Source: an uncultured Thermodesulfobacteriota bacterium
GTDB lineage: Bacteria; Desulfobacterota; B13-G15; RBG-16-54-18
Direction of reading: 5' to 3'
NCBI GenBank assembly: GCA_964519535.1
Contig: CAZFIR010000038.1
Coordinates: 1-35,642, forward strand
Length of the DNA stretch: 35,642 bases
Each line of letters starts with the position of its first letter. The first letter of the stretch is position 1. Below the pieces are notes generated by a model, which made no database searches, was not told the origin of the DNA, and saw nothing but the letters and a program-made list of their open reading frames with translations. This document shows positions 15,869-25,391 of this stretch, piece after piece. A program made the position numbers and the translations under genes.

Positions 15869-17467
15869 ATGGGTTTCATTATTACTATCTGTGTCACCGT
15901 CATATACCTCATCGTCGTATGCTATCTAGCATACAAGGGATGGAGGAGAACCCGGACGGCTGCGGACTACATGGTGGCCGGGCGGGCCATGCACCCCGGT
16001 GTGATGGCCCTGTCGTATGGGGCGACCTTTATCGGCACGACGGCCATCATCGGGTTTGGGGGGGTAGCGGCCCTGTTCGGGTTTTCCCTCCTGTGGCTCG
16101 GGTTTTTCAACATTATGGTGGGGATATTTATTGCCTTCGTCTTCTTCGGCCGGAGGACCCGCCGTATGGGACTTGCCCTCAATGCCCACACCTTTCCGGA
16201 GGTGCTTGGTGAGCGGTATCAGTCCCGGTTTATCCAGGGCTTTGCCGGGATGGTGATCTTTGCCTTCATCCCCATCTATGCAGCCGCGGTCCTCATCGGG
16301 ATCGCCCGGTTCATGGAGGTCTCGCTTCGTGTCCCGTATGCCGTGGGGCTCCTGGCCTTTTGCCTTTTTTTGGCCCTCTACGTGATCATGGGGGGGATCA
16401 AGGCCGTGATGTATACCGACGCCTTTCAGGGTGTGGTTATGTTCGTCATGATGGCGGTCCTCTGCATCTGGACCTACTACCTCCTCGGCGGGATCATCCC
16501 CGCCCACCAGGCCCTGACAGCGATCGCTCCCCTGGTCCCGGAGAAGTGGATTCGTGAAGGACACCGGGGATGGACCGCGGGGTTGCAGATGGGGAGCCCC
16601 TTTTGGTGGATCGTCTACTCCAGCATTGTTTACGGGGTGGGGATCGGGGTCCTCGCTCAGCCTCAGCTCGTGACGAGGTTTCTCACGGTACCATCGGACC
16701 GGGCGTTGAATCGGGCCGTGCTGGTAGGGGGGGTCTTCATCATGGCCATGACCGGGGTTTCATTGACCGTCGGCCCCTTGACAAACGTTATCTTCTTCCA
16801 GAGATTCGGCGACATCTCCTTAGCCATGGCCGAAGGTAATGTGGATAAGATCATCCCCGTGTATATCAACACGGTCATGCCCTGGTGGTTTGGTCCCCTG
16901 TTTCTGGTGGGAATGTTGGCGGCATCCATGGCTACCTTAAGCTCGCAGTTTCACGTCGGCGGCACCGCCCTCGGGAGAGACTTCTACGGCAGGGCGATGG
17001 GGCTCGGAAGGACAGGAGAGGTCTTCGCCACCAGGCTGGGAATTGCCCTGACCATTATCGCAACCATCATTTGGGGTTTGGTGTTGCCGTCCAGTATCAT
17101 CGCCGTTGCCGTCGCCTTTTTTTTCGGATTGTGCGCTGCCTCTTTCCTCCCCCTGTATTTCTTGGGGCTCTATTGGAAGGGGGTTACCAGGGCCGGGGCC
17201 ATTGCGAGCATGGTGGGGGGGCTCTGTACGAGCTTTGTCTGGATGATCTTCTTCCACTATCAGGAATCGGCGGCCCTCGGGGTCTGCCGGCTCCTCTTCG
17301 GCACGGTGAACCTGGCGGCGGGCTTCCCGCCCACCTCCTGGGTATGGAAGCTGCAGTATGTAGACCCCCTTGTCGTCGCCCTGCCCATCTCCTTCGCCCT
17401 CTGCATGGGGGTGAGCCGCATTACGCAAAAGATGCCCACGGCTCACCTCAAGCGCTGTTTCAAGTAG
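15869..17467 (+). CDS. Sodium:solute symporter (SSS) family transporter
   Basis: It is a 532-aa polytopic protein. The N-terminus ...DYMVAGRAM...ALSYGATFIGTTAIIGFGG is typical of the SSS family. Confidence 0.9.
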   Translation: MGFIITICVTVIYLIVVCYLAYKGWRRTRTAADYMVAGRAMHPGVMALSYGATFIGTTAIIGFGGVAALFGFSLLWLGFFNIMVGIFIAFVFFGRRTRRMGLALNAHTFPEVLGERYQSRFIQGFAGMVIFAFIPIYAAAVLIGIARFMEVSLRVPYAVGLLAFCLFLALYVIMGGIKAVMYTDAFQGVVMFVMMAVLCIWTYYLLGGIIPAHQALTAIAPLVPEKWIREGHRGWTAGLQMGSPFWWIVYSSIVYGVGIGVLAQPQLVTRFLTVPSDRALNRAVLVGGVFIMAMTGVSLTVGPLTNVIFFQRFGDISLAMAEGNVDKIIPVYINTVMPWWFGPLFLVGMLAASMATLSSQFHVGGTALGRDFYGRAMGLGRTGEVFATRLGIALTIIATIIWGLVLPSSIIAVAVAFFFGLCAASFLPLYFLGLYWKGVTRAGAIASMVGGLCTSFVWMIFFHYQESAALGVCRLLFGTVNLAAGFPPTSWVWKLQYVDPLVVALPISFALCMGVSRITQKMPTAHLKRCFK

Positions 17468-17558
17468 ATTGCTCAGAAAAGAGGATATTGGCCGTCAAGG
17501 CCGCTATCACCGCCCGTTTCGTCTTAAAACCGGCTGTCGAATCCATGAGCCGCTATTG

Positions 17559-18989
17559 TCAGAGTTCCTCCACGGTGATCAGATTGGTGGTGCCGGGCAG
17601 GTCTACGGGGGTCCCTGCGGTGACCACCACCCGCTGGCCTTTGGCTACCCAACCCCGCTGGAGGGCGGCGGTGATCCCCTTACCCACGATCTCATCGACG
17701 TTGGTGAATTCGGTTACCAGGATGGGGTATACCCCCCAGGAGAGGACGAGCCGCCTGACCGTAGTGGATTTGGGGCTGAAGGCGAGGATGGGAGAGCGGG
17801 GTCGGTACCGGGAGACCAATCTGGCCGTCCTGCCGGTCCTGGTCGGGGTGATGATGGCGGCCACCCCCAGGTCCTCTGCCAGCCGGCAGGCGGCATGACT
17901 CATGGAGTCGGCTATCTCCCCCCGCTGATAGGGGTTCGGCGGGAGGAAGGCTTCATGGGGAAAGCTCCGCTCCGTCGCCCAGGCGATCAGCGCCATGAAC
18001 TTCACCGCGTCGACGGGGTACCTGCCTGTCGCGGTCTCCTCCGACAGCATGACGGCGTCGGTGCCGTCGAGGATGGCGTTGGCCACGTCGGACGCCTCCG
18101 CCCTGGTAGGGCGGGGGCTTTCCACCATCGAGCGCAGCATCTGGGTGGCAGTGATGACGGGTTTTCCGAGGCTGTTGGCCCGCTTGATCAGTTCCTTCTG
18201 TGCCATGGGGACCTCCTCGAGGGGTATCTCCACCCCGAGATCCCCCCTGGCCACCATGATCCCGTCGGCCTCCGCCATGATCTCTTCGATATGTCCTAAG
18301 GCCTCATTCCGCTCGATTTTTGCGATGATGGGGATATCGGCATTTTGAGCCCTCAAGGCCTCTTTGGCCTCAATGATATCATCGCGGTCCCTGACGTAGG
18401 AGAGGGCGATGAGATCCACACCCGCCTCCACGCCGAACACGAGATCCTCTTTGTCCTTGTCGGTTAGGGCCCTGGCCCGCAGCTTACCACTGGGCATATT
18501 GACCCCCTTATGGGAGCTGAGCTCCCCACCCACCACCACCTGGCAGGTGATCTCGGGGGGCTTAACCGCGACGACGGTGAGTTCAAGGGTTCCATCCGCC
18601 AGAAGAATGGTATCCCCCTCATTGACGTCTTGTGCCAGTCCAGGGTAAGTAACGGATATTTTGTGTGTGTTTCCCGTGACCTGTTTGCTGGTCAGGGTGA
18701 TGGTAGCGCCGGTCTCCAGCACTATGGTTCCCCCCTCGATCTCTCCCACCCGCACCTTCCCCCCCCCAAGATCTTGGAGGATGGCCACCGGCCGGCCTGC
18801 CTGTTCGCTCAGCCGCTTCAGCTGGGCGATCTTTTCCCCGTGCCCCTGGCGATTACCATGGGAGAAGTTGAGCCTGGCCACATCCATCCCCTCCCTGATC
18901 ATCTCCTCCATGATGGCTGGGTCGCTGCTGGCCGGCCCGATGGTGCAGACTATCTTGGTTTTCTTTGTCTCCCTGACTGTTGCTTTCAT
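17559..18989 (-). CDS. pyk: Pyruvate kinase
   Basis: The sequence contains KTKIVCTIGPAS, ARLNFSHG and MVARGDLGVEIP. The length is 476 aa. Confidence 0.95.
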   Translation of the reverse strand: MKATVRETKKTKIVCTIGPASSDPAIMEEMIREGMDVARLNFSHGNRQGHGEKIAQLKRLSEQAGRPVAILQDLGGGKVRVGEIEGGTIVLETGATITLTSKQVTGNTHKISVTYPGLAQDVNEGDTILLADGTLELTVVAVKPPEITCQVVVGGELSSHKGVNMPSGKLRARALTDKDKEDLVFGVEAGVDLIALSYVRDRDDIIEAKEALRAQNADIPIIAKIERNEALGHIEEIMAEADGIMVARGDLGVEIPLEEVPMAQKELIKRANSLGKPVITATQMLRSMVESPRPTRAEASDVANAILDGTDAVMLSEETATGRYPVDAVKFMALIAWATERSFPHEAFLPPNPYQRGEIADSMSHAACRLAEDLGVAAIITPTRTGRTARLVSRYRPRSPILAFSPKSTTVRRLVLSWGVYPILVTEFTNVDEIVGKGITAALQRGWVAKGQRVVVTAGTPVDLPGTTNLITVEEL

Positions 18990-19010
18990 CCTGCTCGATC
19001 CCCAAAGGAC

Positions 19011-19046
19011 AGAAAAAGGCCTATTCCTTGCGTGCGAGAATAGGCC
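19011..19046 (-). terminator. Intrinsic terminator downstream of the 19074-19346 gene, about 20 nt upstream of the pyk start
   Basis: On the minus strand, GGCCUAUUC (19046-19038) pairs with GAAUAGGCC (19026-19018) around an 11-nt loop, followed by UUUUUCU. Confidence 0.55.
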
Positions 19047-19073
19047 CTCTTGAATCTCCGGATCGGTTGGCCG

Positions 19074-19346
19074 TTACACCTTTGGGATATCTTTCTCTCC
19101 TCCCTCTTCCTTTGTTTCCTTCTTTCCCCCAGTCTTTTGCTCTCTGGCCCTCAGGCCCGCCTCCAGTTTGTCCAGGACATCGGCCGTCTTTTCCCGCAGG
19201 GAATTGGTGGCCTTTATGATGGCATCACCGATTTGGGTGAGGACTTCGGTCTGCTTTTTCAGATCGCCAAGTCCCCCCACCTTTTGATAGGCCAAGAAGG
19301 CCAGGAACAAGGCGATGATGGCGATGATGAGTGCTAATGCTGCCAT
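19074..19346 (-). CDS. Small membrane-anchored coiled-coil protein (YtxH/DUF948-like, uncertain)
   Basis: An N-terminal TM helix (ALALIIAIIALFLAFLAY) is followed by a charged helical region. It shares strand and spacing with its neighbours. Confidence 0.5.
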   Translation of the reverse strand: MAALALIIAIIALFLAFLAYQKVGGLGDLKKQTEVLTQIGDAIIKATNSLREKTADVLDKLEAGLRAREQKTGGKKETKEEGGEKDIPKV

Positions 19347-19352
19347 GTTTTT

Positions 19353-19598
19353 TCACCTCCCCTCTTTTTTTCGCTTTTTTTGTCGCGCCTTTTTCTTTTT
19401 CTCTTTGTTGAACTGATCTATCTTGGCGATGATGAAGCCAAGAATAACCCCCGCCAGGAAAGCTCCGAGGGTGACCAAGGCCGTGGATGCCTGGGTCTCC
19501 CAACAGAGAAACTTCACCTCCACTGCCTGGGTGTTGTACACGACGTAGACGAGGATAATGGCGATGAAGACGACGAGGGTGATGATACGTCCATACAT
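19353..19598 (-). CDS. LapA/DUF1049-like small inner-membrane protein
   Basis: It has two TM helices and a Lys-rich tail. It starts 5 nt after the purB stop. Confidence 0.55.
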   Translation of the reverse strand: MYGRIITLVVFIAIILVYVVYNTQAVEVKFLCWETQASTALVTLGAFLAGVILGFIIAKIDQFNKEKKKKARQKKRKKEGR

Positions 19599-19603
19599 AT
19601 TAA

Positions 19604-20920
19604 TTATTTTCCTCCCTCCCCCTTGCGTGAGTTGAATACCCTCTTGAATATAATATTAACATACTTGAGGTGGATATTCAAGTCGAAAATAGCGTCGATC
19701 TCTTTTTCACTCAGGATAGCGGCGATATCCGTGTCTTTCTCGACTAATCGACGAAAGTCCTCTCCCTTTTGCCATGCCCGCATGGCGTTGCGCTGTACCC
19801 AGTGGTATGAATCCCCCCGGGCCGTCCCCTTTCGGATGAGGGCCAGCATGAGCTGTTGAGAGGAGATGAGCCCCTTGGTCAGCTCGAGGTTTTCCCGCAT
19901 CCGCTCGGGATATACCACCAGCCCCCTGACGATGCGGGTGAGCCGGGCGAGCATGTAATCCGCCAGGATAGTGCTGTCAGGTGCGATGACCCGCTCCACC
20001 GAAGAGTGGCTGATGTCCCGTTCGTGCCAGAGGGGTATGTTCTCCATGGCTGCCGAGGCGTTGCTCCTCACCAGCCGTGCCAGCCCCGAGAGGTTCTCCG
20101 TCCCGATGGGGTTTCTCTTGTGGGGCATGGCTGACGAGCCCTTTTGGCCTTGGGCAAAGGGTTCCTCGGCCTCCGAGACCTCGGTCCGTTGCAGGTGGCG
20201 GATCTCCACGGCGAACTTTTCTATGGAGGAGGCGAGCAAGGCCAGGGCTGTAAAGAACTCGGCATGTCTGTCCCGCTGGATGATCTGTGAGGAGACCGGG
20301 GCGGGAGTGAGGCCTAGTTTTTTACAGACATATTCTTCTACCGAGGGGGGGGCATTGGCAAAGGTGCCCACGGCCCCCGACAACTTGCCGACGCTGATGA
20401 TTGCCCTGCCCCGCTCCATCCGAGCCCTATGCCGGCGCATCTCCTCGTACCAGAGGGCCATTTTGAGTCCGAAGGTGATGGGCTCGGCGTGCACCCCATG
20501 GGTTCTCCCGATCATGATTGTTTCCTGATGTTCAAAGGCCTTTTCTTTGATCGCCTCCATGAGGTCATCGATGTCCTCGATGATGATCTCTGCCGCTTCC
20601 CGTAGTCGTAGGGAGAGGGCGGTATCGACGACATCGTAGGAGGTGAGCCCAAAGTGGATATACTTTCCGGCCTCCCCCACCGTCTCTTCCAATTGGCCCA
20701 CAAAAGCGGCCACATCGTGTTTGGTCTCGCGCTCGATCTCCTCAATGCGTTGTGGGTCAATCCGGGCCCGCTCTTTGATCTGCTGTACGGCCTCGTGCGG
20801 TATCTCACCCAGTTCGGCCCAGGCCTCGCAGGCCAAGATCTCCACCATGAGCCAGGTTTGATATTTATGCTCCTCGCTCCAGAGCGCGCCCATTTTTTCT
20901 CTCGTGTATCGCGGAATCAC
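19604..20920 (-). CDS. purB: Adenylosuccinate lyase
   Basis: The N-terminus is (M)IPRYTREKMGALWSEEHKYQTW. The fumarate-lyase signature GSSAMPHKRNP is present. The GTG start follows AAGGAG. Confidence 0.95.
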   Translation of the reverse strand: MIPRYTREKMGALWSEEHKYQTWLMVEILACEAWAELGEIPHEAVQQIKERARIDPQRIEEIERETKHDVAAFVGQLEETVGEAGKYIHFGLTSYDVVDTALSLRLREAAEIIIEDIDDLMEAIKEKAFEHQETIMIGRTHGVHAEPITFGLKMALWYEEMRRHRARMERGRAIISVGKLSGAVGTFANAPPSVEEYVCKKLGLTPAPVSSQIIQRDRHAEFFTALALLASSIEKFAVEIRHLQRTEVSEAEEPFAQGQKGSSAMPHKRNPIGTENLSGLARLVRSNASAAMENIPLWHERDISHSSVERVIAPDSTILADYMLARLTRIVRGLVVYPERMRENLELTKGLISSQQLMLALIRKGTARGDSYHWVQRNAMRAWQKGEDFRRLVEKDTDIAAILSEKEIDAIFDLNIHLKYVNIIFKRVFNSRKGEGGK

Positions 20921-21022
20921 CGTTATCGCTCCTTTCCCGTAGTCAGCTTAACTTTAAGGTAGCAGGGGGGAGTTGTCAATGTGAAATAGCAGATGGTTTT
21001 TAACAATAATCTTTTCGTGACC

Positions 21023-21051
21023 TTGACACTCCTCCATTACCCTGTTAGATT
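21023..21051 (+). promoter_or_regulatory. Candidate sigma70 promoter of the GalT-like operon
   Basis: TTGACA (21023-21028), a 17-nt spacer, then TAGATT (21046-21051). It lies about 40 nt upstream of the TTG start. Confidence 0.45.
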
Positions 21052-21089
21052 TTGAGCTGAGCATTGATGTTTTCATCGGGGGCTGCGCA

Positions 21090-22115
21090 TTGGGTATAAA
21101 TTTTAAAAAAACACTGCAACACGCAAAGATATTGGATCCAAAAAAGGGATATGAGGAGAAGACCTTGTCCTTGGAGACGAGGTGGGATCCGCTGACTCAG
21201 AGGACGGTACGGGTACTCGATCTCCCCATCAAAAAATTGGACAAGCTCGATATAGAAGCGTTGTTAAAAAGGGCAGGGGATGTCCGGTGTCCCTTTTGTC
21301 CCGGTGCCTTGGAGGAAGTAACCCCTCGGTTTCCTCATGATCTCATCGAGGGAGGGAGGCTGCGTTTTGGCGAGGTTTGTGTGATCCCTAACCAACTCCC
21401 CTTTGATCGGTACTGTGCTGTCGTCGTCCTCACCCAGAGACACTATGTCCCGCTGGCAGATTTTACCGCGGAGATGCTCTTTGCCGCCTTCTCCATCGCC
21501 TGCGTCTTCCTGCGCAGACTGGTTGCGGTGGACCCCACGGCACGGTTCTTCTCCATCAACTGGAATTATCTCCCCATGGCGGGGGGGAGCGTCATTCATC
21601 CCCACCTTCAGATCATTGCGGGCGATCTGCCCACTCACTACCAAGGGGAGATGATTCAGAGGGGGAGGGAGTATCATCAGCAGTGGGGGGACGTCTTTTG
21701 GGATGAGCTGATCGTCAAGGAGCGGGAGTTGGCCCAACGGTATATAGGGGCTGTCGGCAACACGGAGTGGCTGGCGAGCTATGCCCCGCTGGGGTTCGGG
21801 GATATCATGGCCGTCTTCCGAGAACGGACCTCCATTGTCGATCTCTCCGATAACGACCTGCGGGACCTTTCCCAGGGCTTGGTTAAGGTCTTTCAGTACT
21901 TCCAAGATTTCAATCACTACAGCTTCAATCTCGGCCTCTACTCAGGGGAGTACGCGGGGGATGATTCCTTTTGGGTCAACGCCAGGATGGTGACGAGGAG
22001 GTTGCTGCCGCCCGTAGGGGCCAGCGACGTCAGTTACTTCGAGAAGCTCCACGGAGAGTCGATCGGATACAAGAAACCGGAGCAGCTGTGCGAGGAGATG
22101 AAGGAGTATTTCTAA
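21090..22115 (+). CDS. Galactose-1-phosphate uridylyltransferase-like nucleotidyltransferase/phosphorylase (HIT superfamily, GalT branch)
   Basis: The sequence shows ETRWDPLT, the zinc motif CPFCPG, VIPNQLPF and the HxHxQ active site SVIHPHLQI. The TTG start is uncertain. Confidence 0.75.
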   Translation: MGINFKKTLQHAKILDPKKGYEEKTLSLETRWDPLTQRTVRVLDLPIKKLDKLDIEALLKRAGDVRCPFCPGALEEVTPRFPHDLIEGGRLRFGEVCVIPNQLPFDRYCAVVVLTQRHYVPLADFTAEMLFAAFSIACVFLRRLVAVDPTARFFSINWNYLPMAGGSVIHPHLQIIAGDLPTHYQGEMIQRGREYHQQWGDVFWDELIVKERELAQRYIGAVGNTEWLASYAPLGFGDIMAVFRERTSIVDLSDNDLRDLSQGLVKVFQYFQDFNHYSFNLGLYSGEYAGDDSFWVNARMVTRRLLPPVGASDVSYFEKLHGESIGYKKPEQLCEEMKEYF

Positions 22116-22162
22116 GGGTTGCCTTTTCACCGCCAGTTTGTCAGGAGTTATAAGGAGAGCAA

Positions 22163-22765
22163 GTGATCACCTTACCCCCGCCAGCGTTCAAAGGTACACT
22201 ATCCCTGGAAGAAGCCCTCAATGCGCGCAGGACCGTGAGGTCTTTTGCCCCCACGACCTTGAGTTTGGACCAGCTCTCACAACTCCTCTGGGCAACCTAT
22301 GGCATGACTGGTCCTCGCGGGGGGATGAAGACGACCCCCTCTGCCGGCGCCTTGTACCCTCTTGATTGCTACCTCGCAGCGGGTGATGATGGGGTGGATG
22401 GGCTGGAAGGGGGGGTGTATCATTATCTGCCCTCCCCTCATGCCCTGGAGGCAATGACCCCAGGCGATAGGAGACAGGAGATTGCCCGCGCCTCTTTGAG
22501 CCAGATGTGGATGGCCAAGGCCCCGGTCATGATGATCATCACCGCCGAGTACGAGAGGATCACCGGAAAGTACGGGGAGCGCGGGATCAGGTATGCGCAC
22601 ATGGAGGTGGGGCATGCCGGGGAGAATCTCTTTCTCCAATGCGTCGCCCTCGGGTTGGGTGCGGGCATTGTAGGGGCCTTTACAGATGATGCGGTGGCGG
22701 ATGCCGCGGGGCTCCCCCCCGGTCATGAGCCCCTTCTCATTGTCCCTCTAGGCCATCCCCGCTGA
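22163..22765 (+). CDS. SagB-type dehydrogenase / nitroreductase-family protein
   Basis: The sequence shows RRTVRSF, TTPSAGALYP, GVYHY and AHMEVGHAGENL. The GTG start follows AAGGAGAG. Confidence 0.8.
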   Translation: MITLPPPAFKGTLSLEEALNARRTVRSFAPTTLSLDQLSQLLWATYGMTGPRGGMKTTPSAGALYPLDCYLAAGDDGVDGLEGGVYHYLPSPHALEAMTPGDRRQEIARASLSQMWMAKAPVMMIITAEYERITGKYGERGIRYAHMEVGHAGENLFLQCVALGLGAGIVGAFTDDAVADAAGLPPGHEPLLIVPLGHPR

Positions 22766-22773
22766 CTCCCTTG

Positions 22774-23295
22774 ATGAAGCTGCTGCTTACCGGCCCCCCC
22801 GGTGTCGGCAAGACTACGGTTATCCGCACGGTACTCTCGGGGATTAAGATCAAGGCAGGGGGTTTCTACACCCAGGAGATGAGGAGGGGAGGACGGCGGG
22901 TCGGATTCGCCATGAAGACCCTTGATGGAGAGGAAGGGGTCCTGGCCCACATCGACAATCGCGGGGGACATCGGGTGGGGCGATACGGGGTGGATATTTC
23001 CCTCTTCGAGGCCATGGCCCTGCCGGCCCTGGAGAGGGCTTTACGGGAAAAGGAGCTCATCGTCATTGATGAAATTGGCAAGATGGAATTGTTCTCCTGG
23101 AGATTTCAGGAGATGGTCACGCGGGTCCTCGATCAGGATGAGCGACACCTCCTCGGGGTTATCCACCAGAGCAGGGAACCCTTTGCGGAGTCCGTCAAGA
23201 AAAGGGGTGCAGTGGAGGTTATCGCGGTGAGCCGCCTCAATCGTAATGAGCTCCCTGCCCAGATCATCACGCGCTTACAGGGAGCGAGGAGATGA
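22774..23295 (+). CDS. THEP1-like nucleoside-triphosphatase (P-loop NTPase)
   Basis: The Walker A motif is LLTGPPGVGKTT, followed by GFYTQEMR..GRRVGF. The Walker B-like motif is LIVIDEIGKME. Confidence 0.8.
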   Translation: MKLLLTGPPGVGKTTVIRTVLSGIKIKAGGFYTQEMRRGGRRVGFAMKTLDGEEGVLAHIDNRGGHRVGRYGVDISLFEAMALPALERALREKELIVIDEIGKMELFSWRFQEMVTRVLDQDERHLLGVIHQSREPFAESVKKRGAVEVIAVSRLNRNELPAQIITRLQGARR

Positions 23296-24404
23296 CGCCG
23301 CTGAAAGAGGCATATGTGGATCCCTCACTGGAGGACCATCCCGTTGTTCAGCGGATTCGGCACGGCCTTGCGCATCTCCCGTGGACTGCTCGGACAGATC
23401 TCGATACGGTGACGCATGAACTGATTGCCTACAGGCACGACCCCTGGGGGGAGGGCAAGCAGATTCTCATGATTCTTCCGTATCGGGGGAGCGTGGTGAA
23501 GAACTGTCCCGGGACCATGGGTCACATCTGCTGCGGCTACAAGATCATCAACGTCATGACCAATTGCCCCATGGATTGTTCTTATTGTATCCTCCAGGTC
23601 TATTTGAACAATCCCTGTGTAACCCTCTATCCTGAGTTCGGCAAGGTCTTTCGGGAGATAGAGGTGATCCTGGATACACATCCTGATCGCATCTTCAGGT
23701 TTGGTACGGGGGAGCTCGGGGACAGCCTGGCCCTCGATGGGATCGTCGGCTTTGCCCGAGAGGTCGTCCCTTTTTTCTCTACCAAGCGGAATGCGATCCT
23801 GGAACTGAAGACCAAAGCCGCCGCAGTGGATCACCTCCTTGACCTGGACCATGGGGAGAAGACTGTGTGCTCCTGGTCCCTCAACCCACCGCAGATAATA
23901 GAGGAAGAAGAACATCTGGCAGCCCCCCTGGACGAGCGTTTGCGGGCGGCCAGGCGCTGCGCTGATGCAGGGTATCCCCTGGGATTTCACTTTGACCCCC
24001 TTATACATTATCCGGGATGGGAGGATGACTATCGGAAGGTGATTGACCTTCTCTTCGATCACATCGACCCCCGCAGGGTCATGTGGGTGAGTCTTGGTGC
24101 GCTTCGCTATCCACCCGCCCTGAAAGAGGTGGTTCGGGCGCGGTTTCCCAACTCAAGGATATTCTTCGGCGAATTGATTCCGGGTGAGGATGGCAAATTA
24201 CGATACCTCAAGCCCATCAGGGTGGAGATGTATCGGAGGCTCGTATCGTGGCTGCGGGGCTGGGACCATGATCTCTTCATCTATCTCTGTATGGAGCGCA
24301 GTGACGTCTGGCACGAGGTCTTCGGCAGCAGCCCGGGGAGCTCTGAGGGGTTGAACAGGAGATTCGAGGAGCGCGTCATCCAATTCGTGAGGCATGGACA
24401 ATGA
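23292..24404 (+). CDS. Spore-photoproduct-lyase-like (SplB family) radical SAM protein
   Basis: The radical SAM motif is CPMDCSYC, and the size and layout are SplB-like. ATGA overlaps join it to both neighbouring genes. Confidence 0.75.
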   Translation: MTPLKEAYVDPSLEDHPVVQRIRHGLAHLPWTARTDLDTVTHELIAYRHDPWGEGKQILMILPYRGSVVKNCPGTMGHICCGYKIINVMTNCPMDCSYCILQVYLNNPCVTLYPEFGKVFREIEVILDTHPDRIFRFGTGELGDSLALDGIVGFAREVVPFFSTKRNAILELKTKAAAVDHLLDLDHGEKTVCSWSLNPPQIIEEEEHLAAPLDERLRAARRCADAGYPLGFHFDPLIHYPGWEDDYRKVIDLLFDHIDPRRVMWVSLGALRYPPALKEVVRARFPNSRIFFGELIPGEDGKLRYLKPIRVEMYRRLVSWLRGWDHDLFIYLCMERSDVWHEVFGSSPGSSEGLNRRFEERVIQFVRHGQ

Positions 24405-25375
24405 CCACTGCGATAGGGCTCATGTCAGGGGGGCTTGACAGCATCCTGGCGGCCAGGCTCATTCTCGAACAGGGGATAGATGTCCTCGGCATCTCTTTTA
24501 TCACCCCTTTTTTCAGCTCCCAGGGGGCTGAGCGGGCAACTGCGGCATTGGGTGTTCCCCTGCTGGTCCTGGATATCACCGAGCCCCATCTTGTCATGCT
24601 GCGCAATCCCACGCACGGATACGGCAGCAACATGAACCCCTGTATAGACTGTCACATCCTCATGCTCAGAGAGGCGGGGAGGTTGATGGAGGAAAGAGGG
24701 GGCGATTTTCTCTTTACCGGCGAGGTATTGGGACAGCGTCCCATGTCTCAGAACAAGGGGTCCTTGCGGGTCGTGGAGCGGGAGTCCGGCTATGAAGGGT
24801 TAGTCCTTCGCCCGCTCAGCGCTCAGCTGCTTCCCGAGACCGTTCCGGAGAAAGAAGGCACGGTCGACAGGGCAAAGCTCTTGGCAATCGAAGGTCGCTC
24901 CCGGAAGAGACAAATGGAATTTGCCGATAAATATCACATTACCGAGTATCTCTCACCTGCCGGAGGCTGCCTCCTCACCGATCCTATCTTCTCCCGTCGC
25001 CTGGGCGACCTTTTTTACCATCAAGAAGGGCTTCAGGGCAGGGACATAGAACTCTTGAAAGCGGGGAGACACCTCCGCCTCTCCCCCGGGCTGAAGGTAG
25101 TGGTGGGGAGGCATGCCCAAGATAACGAAAACATCTCGCAGCTGGTTGTGTCAGGGGATGACCTCCTCAGGGTGGAAGGCTATCCTGGTCCGCTCTGCCT
25201 TATCCCGTATGGGGGCACATCGGAGGATATTAAACAGGCGGCCTCCATCTGTGTGAGATACAGCGATGCCCCGGCGGATGAGGAGGTGACGGTGCTGTGG
25301 AGTAAAGATGGGGTAGAGCAAAAGATCAGCGCACGATCGTGCCCCGCCTCCCTGCCCGCTGAGCTGATGATTTAG
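24401..25375 (+). CDS. PP-loop ATP pyrophosphatase family protein (ThiI/MnmA-like, putative RNA thiolation or related adenylating enzyme)
   Basis: The PP-loop is GLMSGGLDS. It is followed by NPCIDCH and FTGEVLGQRPMSQ. Confidence 0.7.
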   Translation: MTTAIGLMSGGLDSILAARLILEQGIDVLGISFITPFFSSQGAERATAALGVPLLVLDITEPHLVMLRNPTHGYGSNMNPCIDCHILMLREAGRLMEERGGDFLFTGEVLGQRPMSQNKGSLRVVERESGYEGLVLRPLSAQLLPETVPEKEGTVDRAKLLAIEGRSRKRQMEFADKYHITEYLSPAGGCLLTDPIFSRRLGDLFYHQEGLQGRDIELLKAGRHLRLSPGLKVVVGRHAQDNENISQLVVSGDDLLRVEGYPGPLCLIPYGGTSEDIKQAASICVRYSDAPADEEVTVLWSKDGVEQKISARSCPASLPAELMI

Positions 25376-25391
25376 GTGAACAAGGCCCTCT

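Noticed and set aside
16885-17898. A 337-aa + strand ORF spanning the end of the symporter gene and antisense to pyk
   Set aside because: Its composition is Arg/Gly/Pro-rich, typical of an off-frame shadow ORF in GC-rich coding DNA. It overlaps two confidently identified genes.
17469-18299. A 276-aa + strand ORF antisense to pyruvate kinase
   Set aside because: It is a shadow ORF with G/R/P-rich low-complexity sequence and no motifs. The pyk assignment on the opposite strand is unambiguous.
18759-18767. A C9 homopolymer (G9 on the coding strand) inside pyk, and a G8 run at about 20345 inside purB
   Set aside because: Both are in frame, encoding GGG and PP(S) within conserved proteins. There is no evidence of phase variation, and they matter only as possible sequencing-error hot spots.
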